The notes under the pieces: model-generated
What the model was told of the DNA's origin: nothing
The model's database searches: none
The model's input: only the letters and a program-made list of their open reading frames with translations
Shown here: positions 35,445-48,556 of the stretch, in pieces
Layout of the letters: every line of letters starts with the position of its first letter
How positions within the stretch are numbered: the first letter of the stretch is position 1
Made by a program: the position numbers and the translations under genes
NCBI GenBank assembly: GCA_001179505.1
Contig: CDMY01000179.1
Coordinates: 1-64,000 of the forward strand
Length of the DNA: 64,000 bases
DNA from: Vitrella brassicaformis CCMP3155
Taxonomy: Eukaryota; Protista; Chromerida
Direction: 5' to 3'

Positions 35445-37336
35445 TCATTGCTCATCCTTGTGCCGCCCCTCTTTCTGCTTGCCTGCGATCTGCCCGCCAC
35501 CCTCTCGGCCCAGCAACTCCGAGTACTCGTCGCTACCTGATCAACGCACACACACAGACACCCAATTAGACAGACAGACAGACAGACGAGTGATGCAGAT
35601 CGACAGGAGCCAGGGGATCTGTGCTGCGATGTGTTTCTTACCTCCGCTGGCCTCTTGTCCGTCGTTGGAATGCATATCATCGTCGTCATCGTCATCGCCA
35701 CCATCAAAATATCCATCTGCACTACCCATCCATCCATCCATCCATCCATCCATGTGTGTGTGTGCATTGCTCTCCCCACCGTCATCGTCGTCACCCTCAG
35801 CCTCACTCTCGCCACCGCCGTCCTCATCTACACCACAGAGACAGAGAGGGCACATCCATCCATCCATTCTCGTGTGTGTGTCCCTCCCTCCATCCACCAA
35901 TGTGCGTCCCTGCCCCTGTGCGTACCATCGTCGCTGTCATCCACCGACCACTCTGATGGGAGCTCGTCTTGAACTACTTGGCCGTCGAAGACGACTTCAA
36001 GTCCTCGCCCCAGCGCCTCACTGCCCAGCTGAGTCGTCTGGCGGAAGCGGTCCTTGAAGGCACCGCTCGCACACACACGTGCCTCGGTCGTCACGACACT
36101 AACCCTCACTGCAAACAGTCAGACAGAAGAGACTGATGACATTTGACCAGCAGAGCTGCCTGTCTGTCGGCCTGACCGTCGTTGATGGTTGGAAGAACCT
36201 CAAGACGAATCCACGCGACGAAGTCGTGGCTGCTGTCGGTGAGCACCAGATAACGCACCCGCGCACCACTGTTGCTGAATGTGGTGGTGCATCCGGCCAC
36301 CGATGTGTGGGGCGACTGGGTGAGGAGGCCATTCAGACGGCCGCCAGCAACCCGCCTGAATCAACCACACACACACACACACAATCACACACGCACACCT
36401 CTCGCCCACTGGTGCCATTGGTGTGGTACCTGTTGAGGACTATCGATGTGCGATTGGTCCGGTGATATCGCACATGGCGATAGTGGTCGAGGATCATGTT
36501 CTTGACGAACGACGACACCGACGACACCGACGACACCGACGCATCGGTGGACGGGATAGCGTGCGACACCCATGTGCGGCCGTTGTAGTAGATGTTGCGG
36601 CTACGCACTGGCGGGTCATGCTCTAGTCGGTGCTGCTGATACAGATGGCCGGCAGCGAGGGGCGGGTTGAAGACCAGCCGGAAGCCGGGCTCGATGGGCC
36701 CCCGCACCTCACCGTTGGCACGGCGCAAGAAACGCAGGCAGCTGCCGTCCCTGAACCGCACATGGCGGCCGACCACCATGAGCTGCGCCAACACACGGGG
36801 AAGCGCCATGTACACCTACACGACACACACACACACACACAGAGCAAGAGAGAGAGGATGAGGCCTCTCTGCCTTCTCTTCGCCCCCCCTCTGTGTGTGT
36901 GCCTTACCGTCTCGCTCCAGTGTGTGTTGATGTCGTCTGCCGTGAGGCTGAGAGGCAGCGTGCAGCAGTCGCACTGGCTGGCCCACTGCAGCACCTCAGC
37001 CACCTCCTCCCAGCTCTGCTCCAGCAAGTAGACCACCTTGAAGGCACTGTCCAGGTCACTGACGGTGAAGGACAGGACACCCCGCAGGCCGAGACGGACC
37101 AGCTCCTCCTCTATGTGCTGCTGGAAGCGCTCGAGCATCTTGTTCACTTCAGGCCAATAAAGCTGGCTGATCTGTGCCGTCAGTGTCGCTCGCTTCGACT
37201 CATCAACCGACATGGCCGTGTGGGCGGCCTTCTTGATGGTGGCTGCCTCCAGAAAGCCGATGGGGGGAGGTCCCGGGGGCTGCTGAGGGGTGGGCTGCTG
37301 AGTGGGGGGATGGTCACAGTGAGGCTGGGACGCCAT
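35445..37336 (-). CDS. Hypothetical protein resembling a Vitrella-type lineage-expanded family
   Basis: Exons MASQPHCDH..LTADDINTHWSET|VYMALPRVLAQLMVVGRHVRFRDGS..HLYQQHRLEHDPPVRSRN|..LVLTDSSHDFVAWI..TTEARVCASGAFKDRF and acidic tail exons; the family assignment is from memory of similar motif text, not from a search. Confidence 0.65.
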
Positions 37337-39548
37337 CGGTCGGTGACTGGTCTGCATCACACACACACACAGAGCCATGCACCCGATGCCACAGCACACC
37401 GTGTGGGTGTGTCTGCCTTTCTCGCTTCCTTACATGCTGGCGATGAATCGGCAGCCCTTCCTTGTGCAGCAAGTGCGGCGCGGTGGGACAGCTTAAAAAC
37501 CAAATCAACGCCTGCCTGCAGACACAGACATGCACGCATTCGGAAACGCACGCATCGAAAGATGAACGCGCGACATGTGTCCGCTGGTCTTTCGCTTACC
37601 CGCTGTCAGCCAGTAATGGCCTGGAGTGGCGAGGCCAGCACGACGGACGGCCGTCGGCGGCACACACAAACGAGATCTGCAAACCAGTCAGTGGCATGAA
37701 GGAGACTTCAATCGACACAAACAAGGATGGTGCCTTCGCCTTGCAACATCCTCACCTATGCAGCTGTCGAAATGCTCACAACTCCCGCACACACCTGCGA
37801 GCTTTAGCTTGAGGCTCGCAGTCGATGGAAGGAGAGGAGAAGGCAACTGCAGCTTGATATGTGTTCCCAAGCAGCAGAGGAGCCGTCAGCAAGCCGGTCC
37901 GACTCACGTTCGTCGTCTTCGGCGCCGCTTCTGGTGCATCTGCCTTGCCATCCCGTCCAAAAGATGCCATTCGGACAGAAGCAATACGAAGGTGACAGGA
38001 GATGGCAGCAGCAAGGGCTCATTCAGCCTGCACAGGGGCGCTCTGCATGCCAATGTGCTGTGTTTGCTGCTTGCTGTGTGTGGGCAGATCTGCATCGGAT
38101 GGGTACGGGCATTCGTGACATGCTGAGGAGGCTGAGGAAGGCAGAGGACGACTACATAGGTAGGTTCCCAATGCATTGAAACGGAATGAATGCACTGTCT
38201 ACACGGTTGACTTGTGGGTGTGGGTATGCAGCCTTTGCTCGGTGTGTCGTCGTCCTCGACGTGCTACTGCTCCTGGCCACGCTGTCCGCTCTCCTCTTGC
38301 CGTCACAGGTGAGGCCTGCACATAGATAGAGAGGAGGGAAGGCCGCGTTGTCTGCAATGCCCATCTGTCTGGCTGGACAAGCAACCACCTGGTGTCTGCC
38401 TGTGTACGTGTTAGGTTCGTGAGGTGGTGCTGACGGAGAGTGGATGGATGAGTGGCTGGTTCGTCGCGCCCCTGAGCCTTCTGGCCATCATCACCTGGGG
38501 CATATATTGCACACCGCAAGGCAGAGAAAAGTTCCGCGAAAGGGACAGGTATAAGTGCGGCAGGGAGGGAAACGACGACACTTGACCAGTGATGGATGAC
38601 CGAGAGAGCTGTGCCCATCTCTCTCTCTGTCTGTGTGTGGTGTGTAGGTATCTGAAGAGTCTCAATCAGTCGCTTGAGCCCTTCATGCTGTACTACGACG
38701 GCAGGTAGGCAATCCAATCCACCCATGCGCATAAGTAATCTATCCATCGCCTCTTCTCTCTCCCCAATGTGTCTATCAATGTGCTGTATCTATCAATGTG
38801 CGTCTGTGGTGCAGTCGCCATGAGCTGCTGTACCGGCCTGTGTCCCGGCGAAAGTCGCCCAACAGCAAGACGCAAACGGGCGGGGAGAGGGAAGCCGCGG
38901 AGCTGAGCCACGTAGTGGGCAGTTCTAATGACGAGGGAGGGGGAGGGGGAGGGTCAGGTGCCTCTGATAGTAGCTAGTAGGGACGGGGGCTGCGTTTGTG
39001 TGCGCCGAATCGCGAGATGCGGCGCGTGTGTACTAGTATACAGTGACTGAGTGCAGAAACATTTGATGCACACCGTCGTGGACATATGCAGAGCTTTAAT
39101 TGCACGCAGAGAGTCGTGTCATGTCAGTCAGATTCGCTCGCTCACTCACTCACTCACGCACTGGAGAATGAGAGGTCTACGTACCTATCGATCAAAGGGG
39201 ATCGCTTCTACAACAAATAATCACGGTCATCCATCCATCCATCCACCCATCCATCCATCCATGTGCATGCGGAGGAGTCGGCTGAAAGCCCCCCGCCCTC
39301 CCTGTATATATAAACATACCGACTCGTCGCCTTTGCCCACCCCGATCACCCACCCGCCGCCACCAGCCAAACAATAACCACTTGACACAAAGAGGGGAAA
39401 AAGGGGAAGAGCGAGGAAGGAAGGCCAGGCAGCAGGCAGAGGGAAAGACTAATCACTCACTCACTCACTGTGGCACCCACCCACCCACCGGCTTGACTGA
39501 CTGTACACTGACTGGCCGCCTGTGTCGGATGGGATGGATGTGTGTGTA

Positions 39549-40812
39549 TCATCTCTTCCCCGGGTCAGCCTGCATTTCGATGTACGTGGGCGGCGGACGA
39601 TAGCCTGCGGCAGCCGCCGCCCCCCCATAGCCGCCCCCATTGGTGGTGCCGCCCCCATAGCCGCCATATGGGGAAGGGGCGGCCGGCTCAGCGTATGTGC
39701 CGAATGTGCTGGGCTGTGGTGGCTGGTACGTCTGGCCCTGGTCGTGGCTCACAGGCTGGCCCATGACGACTGGTTGGGTGCCGCCGCCGTACTGGGGGTT
39801 GGTGGTGTATGTGGGGGGGAAGGCTGGCGACGCGACGATTATCTGACCGGCCCTCAGCCGCTGAAACAGGGCGTTGCCCCATGTGAAGGCTGCAGAACGG
39901 ACATCAGGGACGACAGACAGACGGATGGACCGGACAATGGGCGTGTGTGTGTGTGTGTGTGTCCATGTTGTTGGCCTGCCTACCGAGAAAGTTGACGATG
40001 AAAATGCCGATGGCGATAATGATGTTTACTATGAAAATGGTGGTGAGTCGGCTGACTATTTTCTCCACTTCTTTCTCGGTCAGCTCCTCGTTGGTCTCGG
40101 GGTCCTTACACACTGTCTCCTCCGTCTTGCTGCACACACACACACAGACACACACACACACACACACAGAACAGGGGAGAACGGGACGCGATGCAGACAG
40201 ATGAAGTGTAGGTCAGGAGGGGCGTGATGAGGGCACTCACTTACCACTCCTCCTCGATTCGTTGGTAGAGCACCAGGGTCCATATTAAGAGGATGATGGA
40301 TATGAGCGTCAGCACGGCTTGGAAGCACGCACAACCGCAGAAGAACCCCAGCAAACCGGCGCTGTTCTTTCGCGCACCTGACAGATACGGACGGGACGGG
40401 CAAACACATACCATACACGATCAACAAGGGCTGGGTGAAGTGAAGGATGGACATGCCTGCCTGCCTAGCTGCCTGCCTCACCGATATAGCCGCACGCCGG
40501 AATCGATATCGCTATACAAAACGCGACAACAGCTATCGCTGCCACACACCAGCACAGCACGACACAACAAGGACATGAGAGATCAAGGTACCCGTTTCTC
40601 TCCATGTTGCGGTGCTCACCTCCTTTCGAGGGATCTCCGACCAGCGCTGCAATCATGTTGAGGAGGGCAAACAGCGCGAGCACCACCGATATGTGCATCA
40701 CCTTCCTCGTCAGCTTCGCTATCTCAGGATCTGGTATATGGCCAATCTCCAGCCCCATCACCGTCACTGGAGTCCCCATCGCCACATCGGGAGCGGCGGC
40801 CGGCTGCATCAT
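39549..40812 (-). CDS. Four-transmembrane protein with a Pro/Gly/Tyr-rich cytosolic tail containing two PPxY motifs
   Basis: Hydrophobic segments VMHISVVLALFALLNMIAALV, AIAVVAFCIAISIPACGYI, GLLGFFCGCACFQAVLTLISIILLIWTLVLY and LTTIFIVNIIIAIGIFIVNFL; tail AFPPTYTT..RPPPTYIEM. Confidence 0.8.
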
Positions 40813-41036
40813 CTTGACAATACCTGTCTTGTCCTGACGCGTGGCACAGTGGCACTCTCCTCCTTCTCTCGAAAAGGCAGTTGTTGCGGACGAAGGTATC
40901 TCTTCCTCTCCTCGCTAAAATGGCGCGCGAGCGCTACGCGGAATGATGGGGAACGAACCCTTCCTTCAAACTCCGTAAAACGCAACTTAACCTAGATGCA
41001 TAACGTAAACGGAGTGCCAGAGGAGGGAGTCCCTAG

Positions 41037-44000
41037 ATGGCTGATCCAGCCCCTTCCGACGTGTTTGTATCCTTCTACCCTCCCCGAGAAGGCGTAGCTC
41101 ACCGATGGGCCGGTAGTCCCACCTCTTCCCCTTCGCTGGCCGACCTGTCGCTGCAGCCGCTGATGGTGCTGGCGGCTGACGGCACCTCTCTCACGCTCAA
41201 ATACGAGTCGGGGGCCATCGCTGTCAGGTCTGCAGAGAGAAAACGACCCGACCCACAGCATGCATGGCAGAACAGACAGATGCGAATGTGTTCACGTTGT
41301 TTTCGTTGCGGTGCAGGTATGAGGTGGTGCGCTCCTTCACGAGTGCCGCCCTCTATCCATCGCTGTATGGTGACCTGAGCGGCAGCGGGGGCGGCAGACC
41401 GTCTGCGCCGGATGGGCCCGTCGAGGGATGTCGCCTGTTCACTGCCTACGAAGATCAGACGGTGAGAGGGCTCTGTGCAGTGCAGACACATGGGAGGGGA
41501 GATGGAAGGAAAGTCGGATCTTGTTTGTTTGCTGTTTTCCGTTTCATTGTGGTTCAGATGGCGTTGGAGTGGTTCGACTCTCCTGGTGTATTTCGCGCGT
41601 GGCATAACGTGGTGGGCAACCCAATCGCATTTCACCACAAACCCATACACAACAAACACAAACAGTTCTTCAAGGCAAGCAAAGCAACACACACAGACCA
41701 GAAACGCCGCCCTCTCCTTATCCAGTCTTTCTGGCTTGCCTGCCCTGCCGCCATGTTGTTGTGTTGTGTGTATGCAGGGGTCGGGATACTTGCAGGGTCC
41801 GCATGGTGAGGTGTTGGCCGAGTGGTGTGACGAGCCCCACGGCAACCCCTTCGACCCCACACTGACCGTCGCCTCGCCCCCCGAGCCCACACCCGCCCGC
41901 ACAGTGCTGCTCTCGCGAGACATCGGCTTCACACAACACCCCACAGAGGGATTCATTCTATTCTTCGTAAGCAGCACGACTGGATGAATGGGTCGATGGA
42001 TGGATGGATGGATGAGACGTCAACACGTGTGTGCGCAGCGGTGTGCTGGAGGTGAGTTCATGATTCCGTTTGGCAGTGTACCGACGTGGCCGGCCGTCGG
42101 GCGATGCGAGCCGGCACTGTGGCCATTTGAGGAACCAATGGTACGCAAAACAAGCCGCTTTCTACCCCCTCACATTCCCTGTATCGGTGTGTATGTGTGG
42201 GTGTGGGTGTGTGTCTCAGGAAGGGTCTCTGGCGTCTGTTGGTGATGTATCTGGCGAGTGGCTCCGTGGCCACGTGGTGTCGTTGCGGGGCCCCGAGGCC
42301 GTCACACGCCAGCCACTGACGGAGAGCGACATGGACCTCCTACTGCATAACAAGGGTGAGTGGGCGAGACACGATGGGAACCCCAACTTTTGCTTCGCAC
42401 AGGTGTTGTGTGTCGTCTTGTTGTACTGTGGCAGGTGTAGCGTTGGTTGACTATGAGTTGGAAGTTCGGACCCGCCATCAGTTCATGCAGCAGCAGGCCG
42501 CTGCCAAAGGCCGCAAGGACAAAAACACCAACACCAAGGCAAAGCAAGGTGTTGAGAGAAAGAAACGTACAAATCATGCGCACAGCCCTTCCCGTCATTC
42601 AGGCAAGCATGGCGGCCGTGTGAGTGAGGGGGCCAAGGTGGTGCCGATGGGCGGCTCCCTACCGCCACCGGCACACATGAGCCGAGGACATAGCATGGTA
42701 GCAGCGGCACTGCCCATGGGGATGCCCCCCACGCAGGTACGCAAAGCACCGAAAAAACACACCAGTGCCTCACATGACCACGTGCGTGCACATATGTGTA
42801 TATGTGTGTCAGGTGTCTCGTTGGGAGGAGCGTTCCGAAGCGTCGACCGACAGCCAGCGGTCGGGCAAGGGAGAGGGCAAGAAAACCAAAGCCAAGACCA
42901 AGGGCGTCATGAACCAGTGGCTTCGGTAAGTAAGTTACGATAAGTCGCCCAACCTAGGAGCGCAAATGCATGCATGTATCTTCTCTGCTTCTTCGTTTGT
43001 TCGTTCAGGCGTGACCTGTGTCGGCTCCGCACGTCCGCCCCGCACTACACCCCCGTCCGCAGCGCCGACATGACCTGCCACCCACACCAACAACCACAGA
43101 CCATTTACGAGCCCCCACCCAAGACACTCGCCGACGCAGCCATTGAGATGGGCTTCGACGTCACGGCCCAGCCGCCGCCCGGGCCCCTCCGGCAAGACGA
43201 CATCACGCGACGGGAGAGCGAGTGTGACGGCAACCAGGTGGTGGAGTCGTCGGCCTCGAGCACGCCGCTTGCATTGGACGGCAACCTCTGGGACGCGGCC
43301 AAGGGGATTGGCAGGGGGGTGCGGCATGGCGGTGGGAGAGGGGTGGGAGGGGGGAACGATAAAGGGCGGCGCCCAGCTGAGAGGCCGAGCAAGGAGGATT
43401 TGCGTGACGATCTGTGGCGAGAGGGGGATATCGGAGAGGGAGAGGGGTCGGCGTTCATGCCTAGAGAGGGTTTCTACGCCACGAGTGCTGCCAAGGGAGG
43501 GCCTGTCCGCGTGAGCCCTCCAGTAGCGTACCCGCCGCAGATGGACGAGGAGGTGATGGTGCTGCGGGGCGGCGTCAAGGACAAGTCGCCACGTGCCCAA
43601 GACCCCCTGACAATGAGCTCCCACTCCAGCCCCTTCAAGACCTACCGCTACACCAACGGCGGCACACTCGAGGGGCAGCACCAGCAGCGGCCGCAGCAGG
43701 GTGGCAACGGCAGCAGTCATGTGGAGCAGCTGATGGCGTTGCAGGAGCGGCTCAAGCAGGAGCGCATGGCGCAGCGACAGCACTTCTACCAGGACATACA
43801 CCACCAGAACCTACAGTACATGAACATCCAGCAGCACCAGCAGCAGCACCTGCTGGCCCCTCCCCCGCCCACGTTCCCCCTCCCCGCCCGCATGCCCCCT
43901 CCCCCACAGCAGCTGCCGTCATCATACCATGTCGCATTTGAGACCATTGGACTCAGCCACAACCAGCAACAGCTGATGCACGAGGCCCCCGATGGCTGCC

Positions 44001-46093
44001 TGCTGCTCACGGGCGTCGGGGACGCGGAAGCGGAGGAGTACATCGGTCCAGTCGACTCGCAGATCCTCGGCTCGCCCCTCGCCCAGCCCATGATGCCGCA
44101 GCTGCAAGACGACCGCAAGACAGCAGCGGCAGCAGCAGGTGGCGGTGGCGGCAGGATGGTGCCCCTCTCGGTGCAGAAGGGTCGCATGTCTTTCGCGGCG
44201 TTGAGACAGAAGATGGGCAAGGCGGCCAGTGAGAAGACCGGTGTCGACAAAGGCGGCGGGGATGGGGGTGTGGACAAGGGTGGGGGAGGCGGTGTGCTGC
44301 GCTCGTCGGGTCTCCGCTCGACCCTCATGCAGCAGAAGCTCCACCAGCGGGCACAGCAGCAGCAGCAGCAGCAGCAGCGGGCGGGCACTATCGCCAAAGT
44401 GGCGGGCAAGAGGACGGCTGTGGGCATACAGAAGAAAGAACGAGAGGCGGGAGACACAGAAGCGCCGAAGGGCAAAGAGGAGCAGAAGCGGCCGGAGCCG
44501 ATTCCTCACGGCAGTGCGGTTAGCGAGTCCACCACTGGCCCGTCGTCCAAGCGAGAGACCGACCGTAAGGCTACACCGCCACGGAAGAAGAAGCAGACCA
44601 TAGCCCCTCCACCCAAGGAAAGCACCACGCACAAGGAGTCCCCAGCAACGCCCCCGTCCAGCCCTTCTCGCCGTTCGTCTGCCAATCCGTCTCGTTCGTC
44701 CACCCCGTACAAGCGGCGTTCGCGTGTCAACCCCTTCCAGGCCCTCCAGCCACCGCACTTCCCAGCCCTCACTGAGCCCAAGCCCAAGGTGCCCGTGTTC
44801 CCCAAACCAGAGAGACCAAAGAGTGCCGGTGTTGGCCAGAGGAAGCGGCAGCAGCCATCTGTGCGAGAGGAGGCATCGGCAGCAACGGCGGTCAAGGTGC
44901 CCGGTCCCGCGTTCAAGGCAGGGCTGGCCAGGCCTGTGCCTCCCCCACGCGCCAAGTCCACCGGGCGGATGACGGTGCCATCTGGGGTGGCTCGGGACCG
45001 ATCCCCGGCTGTGAGACAGCCTGCTGCGAAGGAGCGGCGCGCGAACAAGAAGGTGGTGCAGTCGAAGTCGCCCCCCGCCGCCCCGAGCGAAGAAGAGAAG
45101 AAAGCCAAAGCCAAGGCCCCGCTTATCGAGCCTGGTCCGCCGCATGGGATGCTGTCTTTGGAGACAATCAAGGCGGGTCTGCTGCAGAAGGAGGTGGGGG
45201 GTGAGGTCAAGACGGGGCCGACGGGCATCCTGGTGGGGGAGGGGGAGGGGCGGCTGGTGTGGGACTCATCGCTCGGGCAGCTCATCAGCCTGCCGGCACA
45301 AGACCACCTCCATCACCCGCAACAACAGCAGCAGGTCATCCAGGAGCAGAAGGACAAGAGTGAGTCGGGCAAAGTTGGGGATGGACGTCGGCTGACATAC
45401 TCGCCACCAAGGACGCCCCCGCTGGCCAAGATCTTCCCCTTCCACATGCAGTGGGAGATGCTGGAGGCCTCTCCGATGCCACGAGACATCCAAGACCGGG
45501 AGGACGTCACGGTCAGGCCCCCCGCTGCCAAGGCGTCGCTCGTCAAGCCGCCACTGCCCAACCCCTCGCTCATTGCGAATGGTGTCACTGGCGACGCCCA
45601 ACGCGACGGCAATGGCGCTCCGGTGCGTGCAGCGGACCGCGAGGGGCCGCCATTTGTGTTTGGGGGAGGGGTGGTCTCGAGACCTAAGAAGCATCCGGAA
45701 GAGCCGCAGCCCACCACGAGCACCACTACCACGCGTCTAATATCCCTCACTGGCGGCAAGTCGACTCCCTCCCTGCTCTCACCCGCCAATCCGCCACACC
45801 CCAACCCATACACACCACCAGCAGTCGTTGGGACGGTCCCCCCCATTCCCCCTGTCCGCGATCCTGTCCATCGGGTGGCCTCGGGGGGGCACACGGTTCA
45901 GCGGATGGCGACCGGCCCTTACCGAGTTGCTGGGGCTGGTCTTGTGGGTCCAGTAGCGTATGCATACCCACTTGTAGCGGCGTGGCAGCCTCCTGTGATG
46001 GCTGTGCCGCCCCACGGCGTGCAGGGGGGGATGCCCTTGCGGGTGCAGGTGGTGGGGGTGAGTCGCAAGACTTTGCCGACGAGGATGGGCTGA
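41037..46093 (+). CDS. Large protein with an N-terminal FAM194/ERICH6-like region and a very long low-complexity C-terminal exon
   Basis: ADGTSLTLKYESGAIAV and GSGYLQGPHGEVLAEW resemble FAM194-domain motifs (recalled, not searched); small exons link to a ~3.1-kb open exon ending at 46093. Confidence 0.6.
41675..41777 (+). other. GC-AG intron in the FAM194-like gene
   Basis: TTCTTCAAG|GCAAGC..TATGCAG|GGGTCG, phase 0 (FFK|GSGYLQG). The acceptor coordinate is approximate. Confidence 0.6.
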
Positions 46094-46466
46094 CTGACTG
46101 AGTGGCTGACCGATTGACTGAATAATTGAATGGAATGGAATGGTCAACGTGTTTGTGGGACACGTGGGTTGGTTGCGATGCGTGCCGTGCCGTGAAGGAA
46201 TGGACGGACGGTGTTTAAATGAATGAAAATGGAGGAGGATTGCTTGCGGAGATGAATCTCTCTCTATGGACAGTTCACATGGGCAGCAAGAAGACCACAC
46301 ACACACACGCACACACACAGGAAAAGCCCTTTCTCTCGACTATACATGGCTCCCCGTCTCTCGGGCAGTTAGTGTGTATCTGTGACATTTCGGAGCGTTA
46401 AGCAGCACCGACCATCGACCATCCCATCCACACATCAGGCAGGCAGCGACCGGCCCGGCCCGCTGA

Positions 46467-48556
46467 CTATCCCGCTGCCTCCCCTCCCCCCAGCAGCACT
46501 GAGGCAATGGTACACAGTATCAGCACACCGGCCACATCCGTCGCGGTAGCCAACGCTGGACTCGCACAGTTGCATGGGTCAAGCCCTATCCACTCCTGAA
46601 CACACACCCGCACACGACACTAGCATATAGCGATACAGACACAGTTGACCATTCCTCTCACACTTAATTACCAATATGATAGGCGACAGGGTGCCCAGAA
46701 TAATCGCCACCAGACAAGTCGCCCCCATGGCCAGGCCAACCACAACTGCAGACGCTACGGTCGATCCGGGCGTGAGGGCCACTCGCATGAAGGCCGCACC
46801 GGCCAGCAAAACAGCCATGACGCTGGCTATTCTCAGCTCCCGCAACACCACTTTCCATGCGTTGGCGTGAGTGATCTCCCCGGTGGCCAGGCCCCTGATG
46901 ACGGTGGCTGAGGACTGGTTGCCCGCGTTGCCGGCAGTCCCCGTCAGCATCGTCAGAAAGAGAGCGATCACGAGGTTGCGCTCGATCACACCCTGCACAC
47001 ACAACCTCGTGAGCAAAGGCCCAATAAGGTCAAAACAGAGGGAGGCCATCCTTGTCGTGTCTGTCCGCTTGCCTGGAATTTGGTGAGGACGATAGATGAC
47101 AGCGATTGGAGGAAGAGCAGGCTGACGACCCAGCCAGCGCGGCTCTTGATGTGCTCAATCACGGGGGTGGCGAAGTAAGAATCACCCACCTTCTCCATGG
47201 TCTCGCTCGGGAAGATACCCTCAAACCTACACAGATTGACGCCAGGTGAAGGACGAGACGGTGCATGCGACGGACACAGGGAGGCCACACACAGACTAGT
47301 GCCTGCGCACCTGAGGAGGTCTTCTGTGAGTTCGGCCTCCATTTCGTTGAGCAGGTCGTTGGGCGAAAGGATGCCCACCAGCTGACCCTTCTCATCCACC
47401 AGAGGCGCCATCGTCACAAAGCGCTGACGAAGCCGTTTCGAGGCCTCTTCTAAATTCTCACTTATCCTGACCAAGCAAGACAGGACAGAGAGCCCCTGTG
47501 ACACGTGTTTCCGCGTCTGAGTCGGCATGTGTTTCCACTATTTACCTGACGACCTCTGTAGGTTTGAGGACGGTCTTGAGAGGTGTGTGGGGCGAGGCCA
47601 TGAGGAGGTCTCCCATCGTGACGTAGCCCCTCAGCTCCCCCTCCTGCGTGACGTATATGCTGTCGGCCAACAGGTCAGACAGACTCGCCGGCGCCTCCTC
47701 TGCGCCGTCACCGCTGGGGGGCATCTGCAGGTCGGCCACCGAGATGCTCCGCACGATATTCAGACAGTCCTCGATGGTCGTCACTGCAAACACACAAACA
47801 GCTTTGTGGGCCGTTGTTAACACAATCATACTGCTTGCGGCTTACGGGCGGTCTGGTTGTGTCGGTCTGTGATATGGAGGGGCAGCGTGAGGGCCCACTG
47901 GGTCTGACCCTTGACGCGCGGCACCACCTGATATCGCCCTGCCGCCTCAACAACGCCACCGAAGGGCACGTAGCCCTCGACGTGACCATTCACAGGCGAT
48001 AAATAGACGCCACTGCACACACAAAACACACAGCCCAGCAGTGAGTTGAGGCCGAGCATCTTCTCACTGCCGTGTACCTGTCCCGATTGACAAGGAGGGC
48101 GGCCGTGCTGTTTGCTGCAGCAGGGGCCGAGGGGAGAGGGATGAGAGTGGATGGCTCATCGGCTTCTATCAGCTGCGCCAGAGGGGATAAGTGGCCAACC
48201 CGCCTCCCTCGCCGAACCAGCGACCTGCAGCCACACACATATTGACCGCTACAGATGCCTGCCTGTGCGTACCAAAGTGACTTGAAAGACCTCCGGAGAA
48301 GCATGCGCCACTGTTTTGCCTTGACGTCAGTGCCGCCCTCATACACATCTCGCTCAGCAAATCTCTTCGCCGCCGACCATTTTCTCCTGCGCGCAGCAAA
48401 GACGTGCCGGCCACACGAGGGAACAAGGAAAGTGCTCTGTTGAGCAGGGAGGAGCCTGATGGCCGCGCCATGAATGAAAGGCAGCCATGCAGCAAAGATC
48501 CCGATAGCGCCGCAAAGGGAGCTTCGGCCGACGCTTTTCCTGTGCTGTGGCGACAT
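46467..48556 (-). CDS. mgtE: MgtE-type magnesium transporter with a CBS pair and probable bipartite plastid-targeting leader
   Basis: CBS: SIYVTQEGELRGYVTMGDLL and APLVDEKGQLVGILSPNDLL. TM domain: KSRAGWVVSLLFL, FLTMLTGTAGNAGNQSSATVIRGLATGEI, GLDPCNCASPALATATDVAG. Hydrophobic leader SLCGAIGIFAAWLPFIHG followed by an Arg/Ala-rich stretch. Confidence 0.9.

Noticed and set aside
37800-38911. Scattered minus-strand exon-like segments
   Set aside because: No recognisable domain and no consistent phase; may be a gene but is unsupported.
43786-45894. Several long minus-strand ORFs opposite the 1039-aa exon
   Set aside because: Antisense shadows expected at high GC; no motifs or splice support.
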